Shown one piece after another: positions 27,754-38,800 of a DNA stretch of 64,000 nucleotides. The notes under the pieces were generated by a model. It did no database searches. It had not been told where the DNA came from and was given only the letters and a program-made list of their open reading frames with translations. Source of the stretch: a virus. Every line of letters begins with the position of its first letter. Position 1 is the first letter of the stretch. The stretch spans positions 34,406 through 98,405 of IMG/VR virus record IMGVR_UViG_3300025769_000077; one strand, written 5' to 3'. A program made the position numbers and the translations under genes.

Positions 27754-29287
27754 TCCATTTTTACTTACTGATGGTTATAAGACAAGTCATCATAAGATGT
27801 ATCCAGAAGGTACAACTTTAGTATTCTCTAATTTCACACCTAGAAGTGAAAAACATGCTTTAGTTAAGACCGGTTACATATTACACTTTGGTTCTCAAAT
27901 GGTAATACAACAAATTCATGAACTATTTCAAGAAGGTTTCTTTAATAGAAATAGACAAGAAGTTCTTGAAGAAATTAATAAAGAGTATTCTGCATACTTA
28001 GGTACAGATTATGATGTAAGTCATATAGATGCATTACATCAATTAGGTCACTTACCAATAAGTGTTCAAGCTCTTTCTGAAGGTGTACTAGTTCCTATAG
28101 GTATACCTGTAATGAAGGTATGGAATACTCATCCTGATTTCTATTGGATAACTAACTTCCTTGAAACTATTATTTCTAACTTATATTGGAAACCTATAAC
28201 CTCAGCAACTATAGCATATGAATATCGTAAGTTATTACAAGATTATGCTTTAGCTACTGATAAAGACAACTTAGGTGTAGTTGCTTTCCAAGGTCATGAT
28301 TTCTCTATGAGAGGTATGGATAGTGTAGAAGCTACTATGAGTAGTGGATTAGGTCATGCTGTATCTTTCTTAGGTTCTGATAGTTTACCTGTTATACATG
28401 CAGCACGTAAGTATTATGAAGCTGATGGAGATGTAGTGTATTCTGTACCAGCATCTGAACACTCAGTAATGTGTGCAGGTACTAAAGACGATGAGATAGA
28501 AACATTAAGATACTTAATGAAACAATATCCTACTGGTATTCTTTCAGTTGTGTCAGATACTTGGGACTTATGGAAACTTATTACTGAATACCTAGTAGAG
28601 CTTAAAGATGAAATCTTAGCAAGAGATGGTAAACTAGTAATTAGACCTGATTCAGGAGATCCAGTAGATATTATTTGTGGTACATTTAATTTTTCTAAAG
28701 ATAAAACAATATTTGGAGCAGATCCTACTTTAGATACAGTAAGAATTACTGAAGAAAAAGGAGTAGTAGAACTTCTTTGGGATATATTTGGTGGTACTGT
28801 AAACGAACAAGGTTACAAAGTGTTAGATTCACATATTGGATGTATCTATGGTGATTCAATTACCTTAGCAAGAGCTGAAGATATCTGTAGTAGATTAGAA
28901 GCTAAAGGATTTGCATCTACTAATGTTGTGTTAGGTATAGGTTCTTACACTTATCAGTATAACACAAGAGATACATATGGATTTGCAATGAAAGCTACTT
29001 ATGTAGAGGTTGAAAATCCAAATATAATGTTGATGTCTAACCCTCCTCAACCTAAAATTGAAGGTAGAGAAATCTTTAAAGATCCTGTTACTGATGATGG
29101 TACTAAGAAATCTGCTAAAGGTTTGTTAGCTGTACATGACAAAGACGGAATTTATGAACTTAAGCAACAATGTACTTGGGAAGAAGTTCAAGAAGACGAT
29201 ACCATTTTAATATACAAAGATGGTAAGATCTTAGAGAGAGTGTCATTAAATGATGTTAGAAATCGAGTATCTAAGTTACTTGAGTAA
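27746..29287 (+). CDS. nicotinamide phosphoribosyltransferase-like protein (candidate Namat)
   Basis: TDGYKTSH, HDFSMRG, PASEHS, VVSDTWD, IRPDSGDP, IYGDSI, KDPVTDDGTKKSAKG. Confidence 0.92.
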   Translation: MINPFLLTDGYKTSHHKMYPEGTTLVFSNFTPRSEKHALVKTGYILHFGSQMVIQQIHELFQEGFFNRNRQEVLEEINKEYSAYLGTDYDVSHIDALHQLGHLPISVQALSEGVLVPIGIPVMKVWNTHPDFYWITNFLETIISNLYWKPITSATIAYEYRKLLQDYALATDKDNLGVVAFQGHDFSMRGMDSVEATMSSGLGHAVSFLGSDSLPVIHAARKYYEADGDVVYSVPASEHSVMCAGTKDDEIETLRYLMKQYPTGILSVVSDTWDLWKLITEYLVELKDEILARDGKLVIRPDSGDPVDIICGTFNFSKDKTIFGADPTLDTVRITEEKGVVELLWDIFGGTVNEQGYKVLDSHIGCIYGDSITLARAEDICSRLEAKGFASTNVVLGIGSYTYQYNTRDTYGFAMKATYVEVENPNIMLMSNPPQPKIEGREIFKDPVTDDGTKKSAKGLLAVHDKDGIYELKQQCTWEEVQEDDTILIYKDGKILERVSLNDVRNRVSKLLE

Positions 29288-29290
29288 ATT

Positions 29291-29321
29291 AAAGGAGAGT
29301 ATAATTACTCTCCTTTTTTTT
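29291..29321. terminator. bidirectional terminator between the convergent genome arms
   Basis: AAAGGAGAGTA-TAAT-TACTCTCCTTTTTTTT between stops at 29287(+) and 29329(-). Confidence 0.85.
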
Positions 29322-29328
29322 ATACGCC

Positions 29329-32300
29329 TTATCTATTAAAGTATTTTAGTTTTTCATCCGGATCAAACCAGTCTTCTACTGTATCTACAATAGGAACAGT
29401 TTTCTTAAGTGAATGCCAGAAATAAGTATCTCCTGCATTAGGACCTGATTTGTATTCTCTGATAAAAGGATCATCTGAAAATATAGAATTTAAATCAAAA
29501 GATTTCGTAATTAAACCAATTGTAGTGTTTAACATGTCTACACCTGCAGCTGGTGATTTAAGTAACTTAGGTAATTCAGTAGGGTTCCAAAAGAACATCA
29601 TCTCAGTTTGTAGACGGTTCATTTGATAAGCTAACATTGTTACCAAGTAATCATCGTCATCATCTAATCCTGATTCTACAGCTGCAGCTAATAAAGTTAA
29701 TGCTAGTAAAGAAACAACTTCATAGTTGAATCTTATAACATTTGCTTTTTCTTCAGGAGTTAACTTCTCAAAGTTTTTTGTAAGAGAAAATCCATACTTT
29801 CTCATATCTTTAATAAGATTAATCCAAAATCTACCACCGGTTCTATAATACCCTTCTGTGTGGTGACCTAATTCATAGTTAAAATCTTTCTTATTCCATC
29901 TTCTATTGAATCCAGGTTTAATAAACTTACGGAATAAAAGAGCTGCTCTACCTAAAGAGTATTGTTGTATTGCTGATCTATCTATTTCGTTATAGATACC
30001 ATGTAGTCTTTTGTTTATACCTTTCAGTTTGATTTTAAAATCATTCAGACTGTCTTCTGAGAATTCATATCCTTCTTTTAGTTCTAATTGGTTAGGACCT
30101 TTAACCTCAAATGCATCATAAAGATTTACTTCTTTACCTTCTTTATTTTTTACTTTTACTTGATTAGCAAGGGCTAATGTCATTCTACCTCTCATTTCAT
30201 GTTCTCCAATATTGTTAAAAACAAAGAAACTAGAAGTAGCAAATGCTTTTTGCCATCTTTTGCGATCAGCATTCATACCACTCATTCTTGCATTAAAGTC
30301 ATCCATAGCATCTACTTTTTCCATAAACAACCTTAGTTTATTACGTGATGCTAGTTTACCTGTATCACTAAGAACTCCTAATATTTCTTTACCATATACT
30401 TTAGTTGCATAATGTAAATCTTTATGTGTAAAGTATTCTTTAGCAAATGCTTCTTGTCGTATAGTCCAGTTACCAATTAAAGGGTTAGCTATACCTGCAT
30501 ATAGGTTAAGAGCTAAGTTATTAATAGCTGTATATCTTGTAAAAGAATCAATAGCTTTTGCAGTATCTATCTCCATACCAAATACATTGAAAGAACCTTC
30601 ATCTTTACTTGTTTTTCCATAGATAACCATGTCAAGATATCTCTTATATCTTTCATAAGAGTTACCTCCTCTCTTCTCACTAAATACATCTTGGTCTTTA
30701 AATAAACTGTATATACGAGATAGTATATCTTTCTTACCAGTTTTAATTTTTCTTTCTCCTAATACATCTTTACCCATTTCTAAAATATCAACCAATCCAT
30801 TCATATTTTTATAGTTAATAGCCATTTCAGCAAACCTTGCCATAGTAGATGTAATATCTGTAGAAAGATCTTCCATATCACTTAGTTTATTCTTAAAGAA
30901 TATAGGTACAAAGTCAATAGGTACTCCACTAGCATCTGCTAAACCATATTGAGTATCATCTTCTCTTCGTTTTAAATCTTTCATTGATTCAATTAATGCT
31001 TGCTTTGGATTCTTTTTAAATCTTTCTAACCAATCTTTACGTATCTGTGGAACTAAATTATTTCTAAATTCTTCTGGAATATAAGATTCTAGTTCATTTT
31101 TAATTTCCATTATACCATCATAATAAGCTTGTTGAGCTGCATTTAGTTTAACGTTAGATTTGAAATGATCTGCAGGTAAAGCTAATTCTTTTTTATAGAA
31201 CTTATATGACTTACCGTTATTGTTATATTCTGTTACATTCTCATTATACCATTCTTCAAACATTTCTGCTGCTCTAGCTACTTGATTAGCATATAAAGGA
31301 CTATCCTTACTTACGGTAACTAGTTCATCATATAGTTGTTTCTTCTTAGCTTTAATTAAGTTTTCAGCTTCAGGGTTTGGTTTAGTGTTTTTCTTATACC
31401 ATGGTTTCCATAAATTCTTTCTATGGTCAGATAAGTTTTCTAAGAATATAGGATACAAGTATTCATCATATATACCTTTGTTATCATTCAATGCTTTTGT
31501 AAATATTTCTTTTACTTCTTTAGGCATTTTCTTTTGTATATAATCATCAAGTGCTTCATTATCCCCGTTAAAGATCATCTTTTCTTCCTTACGGGTCATA
31601 TTTAAACTCTCTCTTACTTTATCTCCCCATTCTTTTCTAGACTTCTCATATTCTCCTTTATTGTATTCACCTAAGAAGTTACCACTATACTTTCCATTCT
31701 TTAGTTTTTCTAATACAAATGAAGTATCTTTTATACCAGCTTGTTTAAGTTTAGTATCTAAATCAATTAGTCGGTATTGAATCATTTGAGCTTGATTTCT
31801 AGTTCTTTCTAAAGAATCTTTAACTAATCTATCTGTAGCTCCTAATATATCATCACCTGATTCAGCCATGGAATCAAACCATGTTCTAGCAAACGATATA
31901 TCATTTTCAGCTACACTTAATAGTTGATCAATGTTTTCCTTTTTGATATCAGGATTCATTGTTAGATACTTTTCAATAGCTTCTCCAAATATTCTTTTAG
32001 AATGCTTTTTATATCTACTCTCAATACCATTCAATAACTCAGATAGACTTCGTATAAGACCTCTTATTTCATCTGCTTTATCCAAGTTATTGTTGAACAT
32101 TAACTCTTCTTGTATCTTATCAATTAAAGGTTTGTAACCTGAATTCAATTGATAAGTAAGAGATATCAATCTTGCTTGTTCAGGTAAAGACAATTGAGAT
32201 CTTTCAATGGTTTTAATTCTTTCAATAGTAGACTTAGCATCTCCATATATTACGTTTATAAAGTCTAGCATTCCTTCAGCTGTCTTATTGTTAGCTATTT

Positions 32301-35300
32301 TAGCTTCAATGTTTTCTACTTCTTTTATCTTAGATTTACTGAATTCTTTCTTTCTATTTTTCTGTAGAACAACTAACTTTTTAAGACGAGTTTGAAGAGC
32401 TTCTCTAATTTCACTTTCAATTCCTTTTATCTGTTCAGCTTGTTCATTAAGCTGATAGTAATTGTTTTCTCCTAGTTCTTGTATTTCTATGTTATTGTCT
32501 AATACATCTAAAGCTACTTGACCAAGAGATTCTTTAATCATTTGATCAATTTTATCCGGATTAACTCTACCCTTAAATGTATTTAATATAGCTTTAAACA
32601 TAGTTTTTAATCTATTCCATATACTCTTGTTTGTTTCTTCATGAGTATCCATTATAGATTGAGCTAATAGTTTACCAAGAATTTCTTTTCTAACCATGTT
32701 TTCATCTCCGTATATCTTAAAGTATTCACTGTGATTTTTTTTATACGCCTCTGTTTGAGGTACGAGATTAAGTGCATTCTGCACAACACGGTTATCTAGT
32801 AATGATTCAATTACAAAGTGAGCTACTTCTTCCGGTAATGTATCTTCTTTTCTATGATCAGATAGATATACTGCACGTTTAGCTAAGTCTGCCATACCTA
32901 ATGCATCTACACCTATTCTACCTTGTAACTCTTTTATATTTTTTACATTGATTCCATTTGCGTTTAAGAAGTCAAATAGTTTAGATTCTAATGCTTTATT
33001 GGCTCCTTTACTTGATACTTTATTTTTTTCTTGTTTTTTAGGTTTTAAAGAATATAATATAGGTTGATTATAATGATAATTACTTAAATTTATTTTATAA
33101 CCACCTGCTGATTTTTTTGTGGCTCCTACATCTTTTACGTATTCTAATTCTATACCTTTTATTTTTTTCATTAATTTAAACAAAGGTCCTATTTTACCTC
33201 CGTTTTTATTAACTTCTTCTGGTCCGGTATATATAGCAGAAGATGATTTACTTTGTTGAGCTTCATAAGTTAACTCTTCACCTGCAAAGTATAACGGAGT
33301 TTCTTTACCATTTTCTTTTATATGTGTTTGTATGAGATGATGAACAAGTGGAGTAAAGTACTCTAATTGACCTTCTGAAAACTTTTTAAATTTTTTTTCT
33401 TTTTCTAAAGTTTTAGATTTAGAATCTTCAATTAGTTTTTTAATTTCTTTCTTTTGTTCCTCTATGCTTAATTTATCTTTAACTGATTCAGGTCTGAGTT
33501 TTTCTACTACTTCTAAAAATTTGTTTTTATAGACTTTAAAATCTTCTTGAATATTATCAATTAATTTAATTTTATCATGTTCAGATAAATCATCTATATT
33601 TTTCCAGTATTCAGCGTTTTTATTATTTAATAATTTACGTTGTTTATTTTGTATTAGACTATTGATAAATTCATTTATGGCTTTTTCATTAACGTTTGCT
33701 ACATATTTTTCTCTAGATCTTTCATTTTTAATTGCATTTAAAGCTTTATATTTAATACTTAAACCCATAAAATCTACTGTACCTGAACGTAGTTTATTTA
33801 TAAATTCGTTAAAAAAGTCAACAGTTTCTTTAGAGTATCCTTTATCTTTTAAATCTAAATTATATAAACCTATTCTTTTACTTGGATCTTTTATATACTC
33901 TTTATACAATTGTTTAGCGTTAATGTCTCTTATTATTCTTCTAAACCTATACGCTTCTTCTATATTAACATTTAATCTTTCAATAGATTCTTCTGAACTT
34001 TCATTTATAGCTTCAGCAAGACTTCTTTGTTCTTTTATACGTGAAAAAATAGAAATTGGTTGAACGATATCTAAAACTATACGTTGTAGTACATTGGTTG
34101 AGTATGTATCTTTTATGATTTCATTTACTTTAGAGTTGTCTAATTTTGAGTTATTGTTCAAATTTCTTTGATCTAACATATTTATAATAGCTGACTCTAT
34201 TCTATTGTAATTTATAGGTTCTAATTTTAAATCTTCATACATGTCTGATTGAATCTCATGTATCATGAAACTTCCATTTCCTAAATTAGTAAGACTACCC
34301 CACGCAGAAGGTACAGTTCCATGGTAGTTTGATAGATAAACTGCATTATTTAAAAGAATACCTATTCTTTTATGATTTATAGGATACTTAAATTGATTAG
34401 AGTTATAAGTATTAAATTGTTCTAATATTTCACCAAAAGCATATACTCTAGCTGTATTGACTAAATCAATAGCTTCTTCAACTAGTTGATTTACTGTTAC
34501 TGATTTATTGGTTTCAGATAAACTTCTTAATGCTTCATTGTAAATATCTAATTCTTTTTTACTTATACCGTCTACTTTTAGCTTATTTTTAGTAGATATT
34601 TTATTGTTTTTAAATTTATCAATAAGCTTATCTGAACTTGCTAATACAACTTGAGTTGGTTTATATGTTTGTTGAGTTGGTTTTAATTTTTTAAATTTTT
34701 GAGTTTTTATTTCAAATTGTCTTTCTACTGATTTTACTTCAGATTTAGCTATTGATAATGGATCTGATTGATCATTAACTAACATATCAATGTCTATTAA
34801 CTTTAAATCTTTAAGAATAGTAGACTCTTTTACAAACTTTCTATGTTTTTGATATTTTTTAGGTATAGTAGCTACTGTTTCTTCATTAACTATATTAATA
34901 GAATTAATATCACTTTGTAAGTTTTGATAGTCTTCTAAACTAAGTAAATCTGATTTATCAGCATTTAATATTCTTAAAGCTGCTACTCTATGAGGATTAC
35001 TTTGACCATCAACTAGTTTTTTTATTACATCTTTAACCCATTGAATGAATTTATCAATGAAAGTACTATTTTCAATATTAGCTATTTCTTCAGCTATTAA
35101 CTGTCCTATAGCTTCTTCGGTTAAACTTTCTTTGTCATAAATATCTTCATATTGATACAATGACATAGCTTTATCTCTAGTTTTATATGACTTTATAAGC
35201 TCTTTTTTTAATGAACTATTGTTATTAAGTAATCTATACCACCAGTGAGCAGTTTCTTCAGGAAGCGCGTTCCAGTTAGAAGCTCTCATGTCATCATCTA

Positions 35301-35814
35301 ATATTTCAATAGTACCGTTAACAAAGTTAGCAGCAGCTCTAGCATTTTCTACGATGTTTTTATTTACATCATATATTGCAGGGGTTAACTCAACACCTAT
35401 TCCTAAAGAATCAGTAAAGTCTAAAAGTTTATTTAGTGTATTTATATGAAAATTTTGTTCATCTTCTTTCATGCTGAACAAAAGATTTCTTCGTTTATTG
35501 GTTTTTTTAATTACTTCATAGTTCCAAAATGGTTTACCATTTTTACTTATTTTATTTATAATTGTTGTAAAAGAAGGAGCTATGTCTTTATTTAAAGCTG
35601 TTTGTGTTTTATTAGCTTCTGTGTAATTAAAAGTACCTTCTGGTAACTCATTATTTTTTTTCTGAATATACCCTTGAGCATATCTTTCTATGCGATTTAA
35701 GTCAGGTACACTCCTATCTTCTTTGATAAATATTTTCCAAGCATTTTTTTCACCAAATAGTTTAACCATTTGTTTCCATTCTGGTGAATTCTTATTAGGA
35801 CATCTTTTACTCAT
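29329..35814 (-). CDS. giant virion ejection/cargo protein with two degenerate zincin-like domains
   Basis: 2161 aa; LPEETAH and LPEEVAH modules; hydrophobic C-terminal region; follows the vRNAP as in crAss-like phages. Confidence 0.8.
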   Translation of the reverse strand: MSKRCPNKNSPEWKQMVKLFGEKNAWKIFIKEDRSVPDLNRIERYAQGYIQKKNNELPEGTFNYTEANKTQTALNKDIAPSFTTIINKISKNGKPFWNYEVIKKTNKRRNLLFSMKEDEQNFHINTLNKLLDFTDSLGIGVELTPAIYDVNKNIVENARAAANFVNGTIEILDDDMRASNWNALPEETAHWWYRLLNNNSSLKKELIKSYKTRDKAMSLYQYEDIYDKESLTEEAIGQLIAEEIANIENSTFIDKFIQWVKDVIKKLVDGQSNPHRVAALRILNADKSDLLSLEDYQNLQSDINSINIVNEETVATIPKKYQKHRKFVKESTILKDLKLIDIDMLVNDQSDPLSIAKSEVKSVERQFEIKTQKFKKLKPTQQTYKPTQVVLASSDKLIDKFKNNKISTKNKLKVDGISKKELDIYNEALRSLSETNKSVTVNQLVEEAIDLVNTARVYAFGEILEQFNTYNSNQFKYPINHKRIGILLNNAVYLSNYHGTVPSAWGSLTNLGNGSFMIHEIQSDMYEDLKLEPINYNRIESAIINMLDQRNLNNNSKLDNSKVNEIIKDTYSTNVLQRIVLDIVQPISIFSRIKEQRSLAEAINESSEESIERLNVNIEEAYRFRRIIRDINAKQLYKEYIKDPSKRIGLYNLDLKDKGYSKETVDFFNEFINKLRSGTVDFMGLSIKYKALNAIKNERSREKYVANVNEKAINEFINSLIQNKQRKLLNNKNAEYWKNIDDLSEHDKIKLIDNIQEDFKVYKNKFLEVVEKLRPESVKDKLSIEEQKKEIKKLIEDSKSKTLEKEKKFKKFSEGQLEYFTPLVHHLIQTHIKENGKETPLYFAGEELTYEAQQSKSSSAIYTGPEEVNKNGGKIGPLFKLMKKIKGIELEYVKDVGATKKSAGGYKINLSNYHYNQPILYSLKPKKQEKNKVSSKGANKALESKLFDFLNANGINVKNIKELQGRIGVDALGMADLAKRAVYLSDHRKEDTLPEEVAHFVIESLLDNRVVQNALNLVPQTEAYKKNHSEYFKIYGDENMVRKEILGKLLAQSIMDTHEETNKSIWNRLKTMFKAILNTFKGRVNPDKIDQMIKESLGQVALDVLDNNIEIQELGENNYYQLNEQAEQIKGIESEIREALQTRLKKLVVLQKNRKKEFSKSKIKEVENIEAKIANNKTAEGMLDFINVIYGDAKSTIERIKTIERSQLSLPEQARLISLTYQLNSGYKPLIDKIQEELMFNNNLDKADEIRGLIRSLSELLNGIESRYKKHSKRIFGEAIEKYLTMNPDIKKENIDQLLSVAENDISFARTWFDSMAESGDDILGATDRLVKDSLERTRNQAQMIQYRLIDLDTKLKQAGIKDTSFVLEKLKNGKYSGNFLGEYNKGEYEKSRKEWGDKVRESLNMTRKEEKMIFNGDNEALDDYIQKKMPKEVKEIFTKALNDNKGIYDEYLYPIFLENLSDHRKNLWKPWYKKNTKPNPEAENLIKAKKKQLYDELVTVSKDSPLYANQVARAAEMFEEWYNENVTEYNNNGKSYKFYKKELALPADHFKSNVKLNAAQQAYYDGIMEIKNELESYIPEEFRNNLVPQIRKDWLERFKKNPKQALIESMKDLKRREDDTQYGLADASGVPIDFVPIFFKNKLSDMEDLSTDITSTMARFAEMAINYKNMNGLVDILEMGKDVLGERKIKTGKKDILSRIYSLFKDQDVFSEKRGGNSYERYKRYLDMVIYGKTSKDEGSFNVFGMEIDTAKAIDSFTRYTAINNLALNLYAGIANPLIGNWTIRQEAFAKEYFTHKDLHYATKVYGKEILGVLSDTGKLASRNKLRLFMEKVDAMDDFNARMSGMNADRKRWQKAFATSSFFVFNNIGEHEMRGRMTLALANQVKVKNKEGKEVNLYDAFEVKGPNQLELKEGYEFSEDSLNDFKIKLKGINKRLHGIYNEIDRSAIQQYSLGRAALLFRKFIKPGFNRRWNKKDFNYELGHHTEGYYRTGGRFWINLIKDMRKYGFSLTKNFEKLTPEEKANVIRFNYEVVSLLALTLLAAAVESGLDDDDDYLVTMLAYQMNRLQTEMMFFWNPTELPKLLKSPAAGVDMLNTTIGLITKSFDLNSIFSDDPFIREYKSGPNAGDTYFWHSLKKTVPIVDTVEDWFDPDEKLKYFNR

Positions 35815-35817
35815 TGC

Positions 35818-38800
35818 TTAACATTCTTTATTTACTTCATCCGCTTGATCATCCGATACATCATCAAAGGTAAGATTATCACTTGAAGATTGTATAGCTG
35901 AAGTTGGTTTATTCAATTTGCCTGTATCAAACCATTCTTTACTAAATATTACATTAGGAGGTATTGGACCTGCTTGATTAAACATTTCAATCATTTCAAG
36001 TCCTGTATAACCATTAAGAGATCTTTCAGTAGTATTTCTATAAGCTATTTTAAATTGTCTACGTTTATTAAAGTTACCAGTTTGTGCTGTTTTATATAGT
36101 TTTTTAATATTTTCAACAATTTGTGCTGGAGTTAAACTTTTCTTTTTACCAGGTCCTGTAACAGTAGTTAACCCATAAGCTTGTCTACTATCAGATAATT
36201 TATTATCCATTTTCTCACCTTGTTTAACTCCAAATTGAGTACTAGCTACTAAAGCAGCTCCACCTGTACCTTTAGATGGATTACCATTTATTCCCAACGG
36301 ATTACTTCCAAATACAAATACTGTATTAGGTTCAGGTTTTATGTTACCTTCATAATATTGAGAACTTTTATTAGAACTTTTTGTATTCATTACATCTCTT
36401 AGACTAAGTTTTATACTCTTCTCTATCTTAGGAGCTTCTGTTAAGAATGAACTACCTGAGTTGTAAGCTACTGTTACCGGTAGAATAGCTATATTCTTAA
36501 CTTTCTCTGATGTAAGATTAGTAAACATTTGTCTATAAGCATTAACTTGATCAGTCCATTTCTCTGTATCTGATTTACCATACTTAAAGCTATCTTTATA
36601 TTTAAGACTTGTTTTAGTCTTAAGATCTAAGATGCTATAAGTACCATCTGAGTTTACCATAATAAGGTCTACAGTTCCTGCTACTTTCTTAACTGGATCA
36701 AATAGTACAATATCATTAGATACTATCTTAGAACCTTCAGGTAAACTAGCTTTAATGTTTTCAAGTTGCTTCTTAAGCTCCATGTAATGCTTAAGATTCT
36801 TAAAGATAGGATAGTTTTTAAATGTCTGTAGATTACCTTTAAAGAAATCTCTTACAAATTCGTCTATACCATTTCCTATGTCTTGAGCTGTTTTAAGAAT
36901 TTGTCTATTCTCATCAGTTTCTACTATCTTATTACCTACAAAGTCTGATACTCTAGTGTATAGGTCACCAGTAGGTATATGTCTATAGAACTTCTTATCT
37001 GCAGTTAATTCAAAGTCTTCAGAGCTTTCTATTAAATTATCAATAGTAAGGTCACCTGATGTAGGAGTAATGTTTTGTTCAATAGCTTCTGCAGGTAAGT
37101 TGAATCCTTTGTTATCAAACATATACTCACTTACTACGTTACCTTTTTTACTTCTTATACCAAGTGTATTTATCTTTTGGTATTCATACTTTCCTACTTT
37201 TTCAAATAGATCAAAACTTGTATCACCGGTTCTTCGTTTAATAAATCTTCCTTTGTTAACACCATCTTTTAATATTAGAATTTCGTCTTTAGATTTACCT
37301 ATATTAATCTCATCAGTCATTACGAAATCTACAAATGGTAACTTATTGAAGTTATTCTTTATGTACTGATCAACAAAGTTTGTAATATAAGAAGGTACTT
37401 CAGCTGTAGAAGGATCACCATGATATATTCTGTTTTCTAAGAATTCATTAAGTGACTGTCCTTCTTCATTCATTAAGCTTCTAAAATATGAAACCGGTAA
37501 TAGATTACCCATTCCATTAGGACTCACATTTAATCCTCCTGCATGAAAAGAGAAAGCAGCTAAGTCTTGACCCATCTTAGATACTTCAGGATTACTGTTT
37601 GTAATCATTTCTTCCCATATCTTAGATATGTGATCTTTATCTTGATGATCAAGTCCGGATGCTCCTCTAAATATAGGTACGAATATTCCAGAATCAGTTT
37701 GTACATCACCTATAAACTTAAAGAATGGTTCAAACTGTGGATATTTTTCTATGAATTTCTTTCTAGATTCGGAGTTAATTCTTGGTAATATAGTAGAATA
37801 GTGTTCTCTAAATGGACCAAAATCAGAAGCTAAGTATCTTAAGTATTCATTGTTTATAGTATTAATTTGTTCTGAACTTAAAGGTTGATTTGTTTCTTTA
37901 AGTGTGATTTCTTGCAATAAGTTCTTAACAGCTATAAAATCAGGTTCAAAGAAAGGAACATATTCTTTCAATATAGATAAAGGTTCTACAAATCCTTTCT
38001 GATAGAAAGAATCCATTGAAGGATTGTTCACAAATGTTAAGTAATCACGTAATCCGGATAACAATAAGCTTTCTCCTTTATCTAACAATAACTCTCTAGA
38101 TCTAATTACAGCTTCAGTATTAGCTGTTGATGGACCAGTAGGCATAGCATCTACTCTAGTAGCTTGTACTGTCTTAGATAGATGTGAAGCCATTAATTGA
38201 TACATCTCAAAAGCTTTAAATACTTTATGTTGAAAGTCTATGTCTTTCTCTAACTCTAAGTCACGATGTTTAATTAAATCAGAAGTATTGATGTTTTGAT
38301 ATTTAAAAGTAGACTTATCACCTTCTTTTACTTCAACGTCATTTTTAATACCTGCTCTTTTAAACATGTTTCTTACTTCAGTTAAAGCAGTACTTAAAGC
38401 TTTCTTACCTCCTCCATTTTTAAAGTATATCTCTGATATCTTTTTAACAACAGGTTGAGTTAAGAAGTAACTAGCAGTTTCTTCAGTATAACCAACTCTG
38501 TTAATAAGAGCAGCTATATCAGCAGTTAAAGGGTTAATGTTCAAGAATCCTAATACTGGGTTCTTACCGTTATCCACAGATGCAGCTAAGTAAGATGCCA
38601 TTACTTTAGATACCCTTTTTCCATTAGCGTTTCTTTTAAGAGATAAAGACATACCAATTGGTTTATCTTGTGTACTATCGTACTTGTTATCAAATAACAC
38701 AGGTAACTTAGTTTTAACATTATGGTTTTGCATAGTAGCATGTGAAGCATTATGGTTAGCAAATACACCTACTAATGACTTACCAGTCATCATTTGTTCA

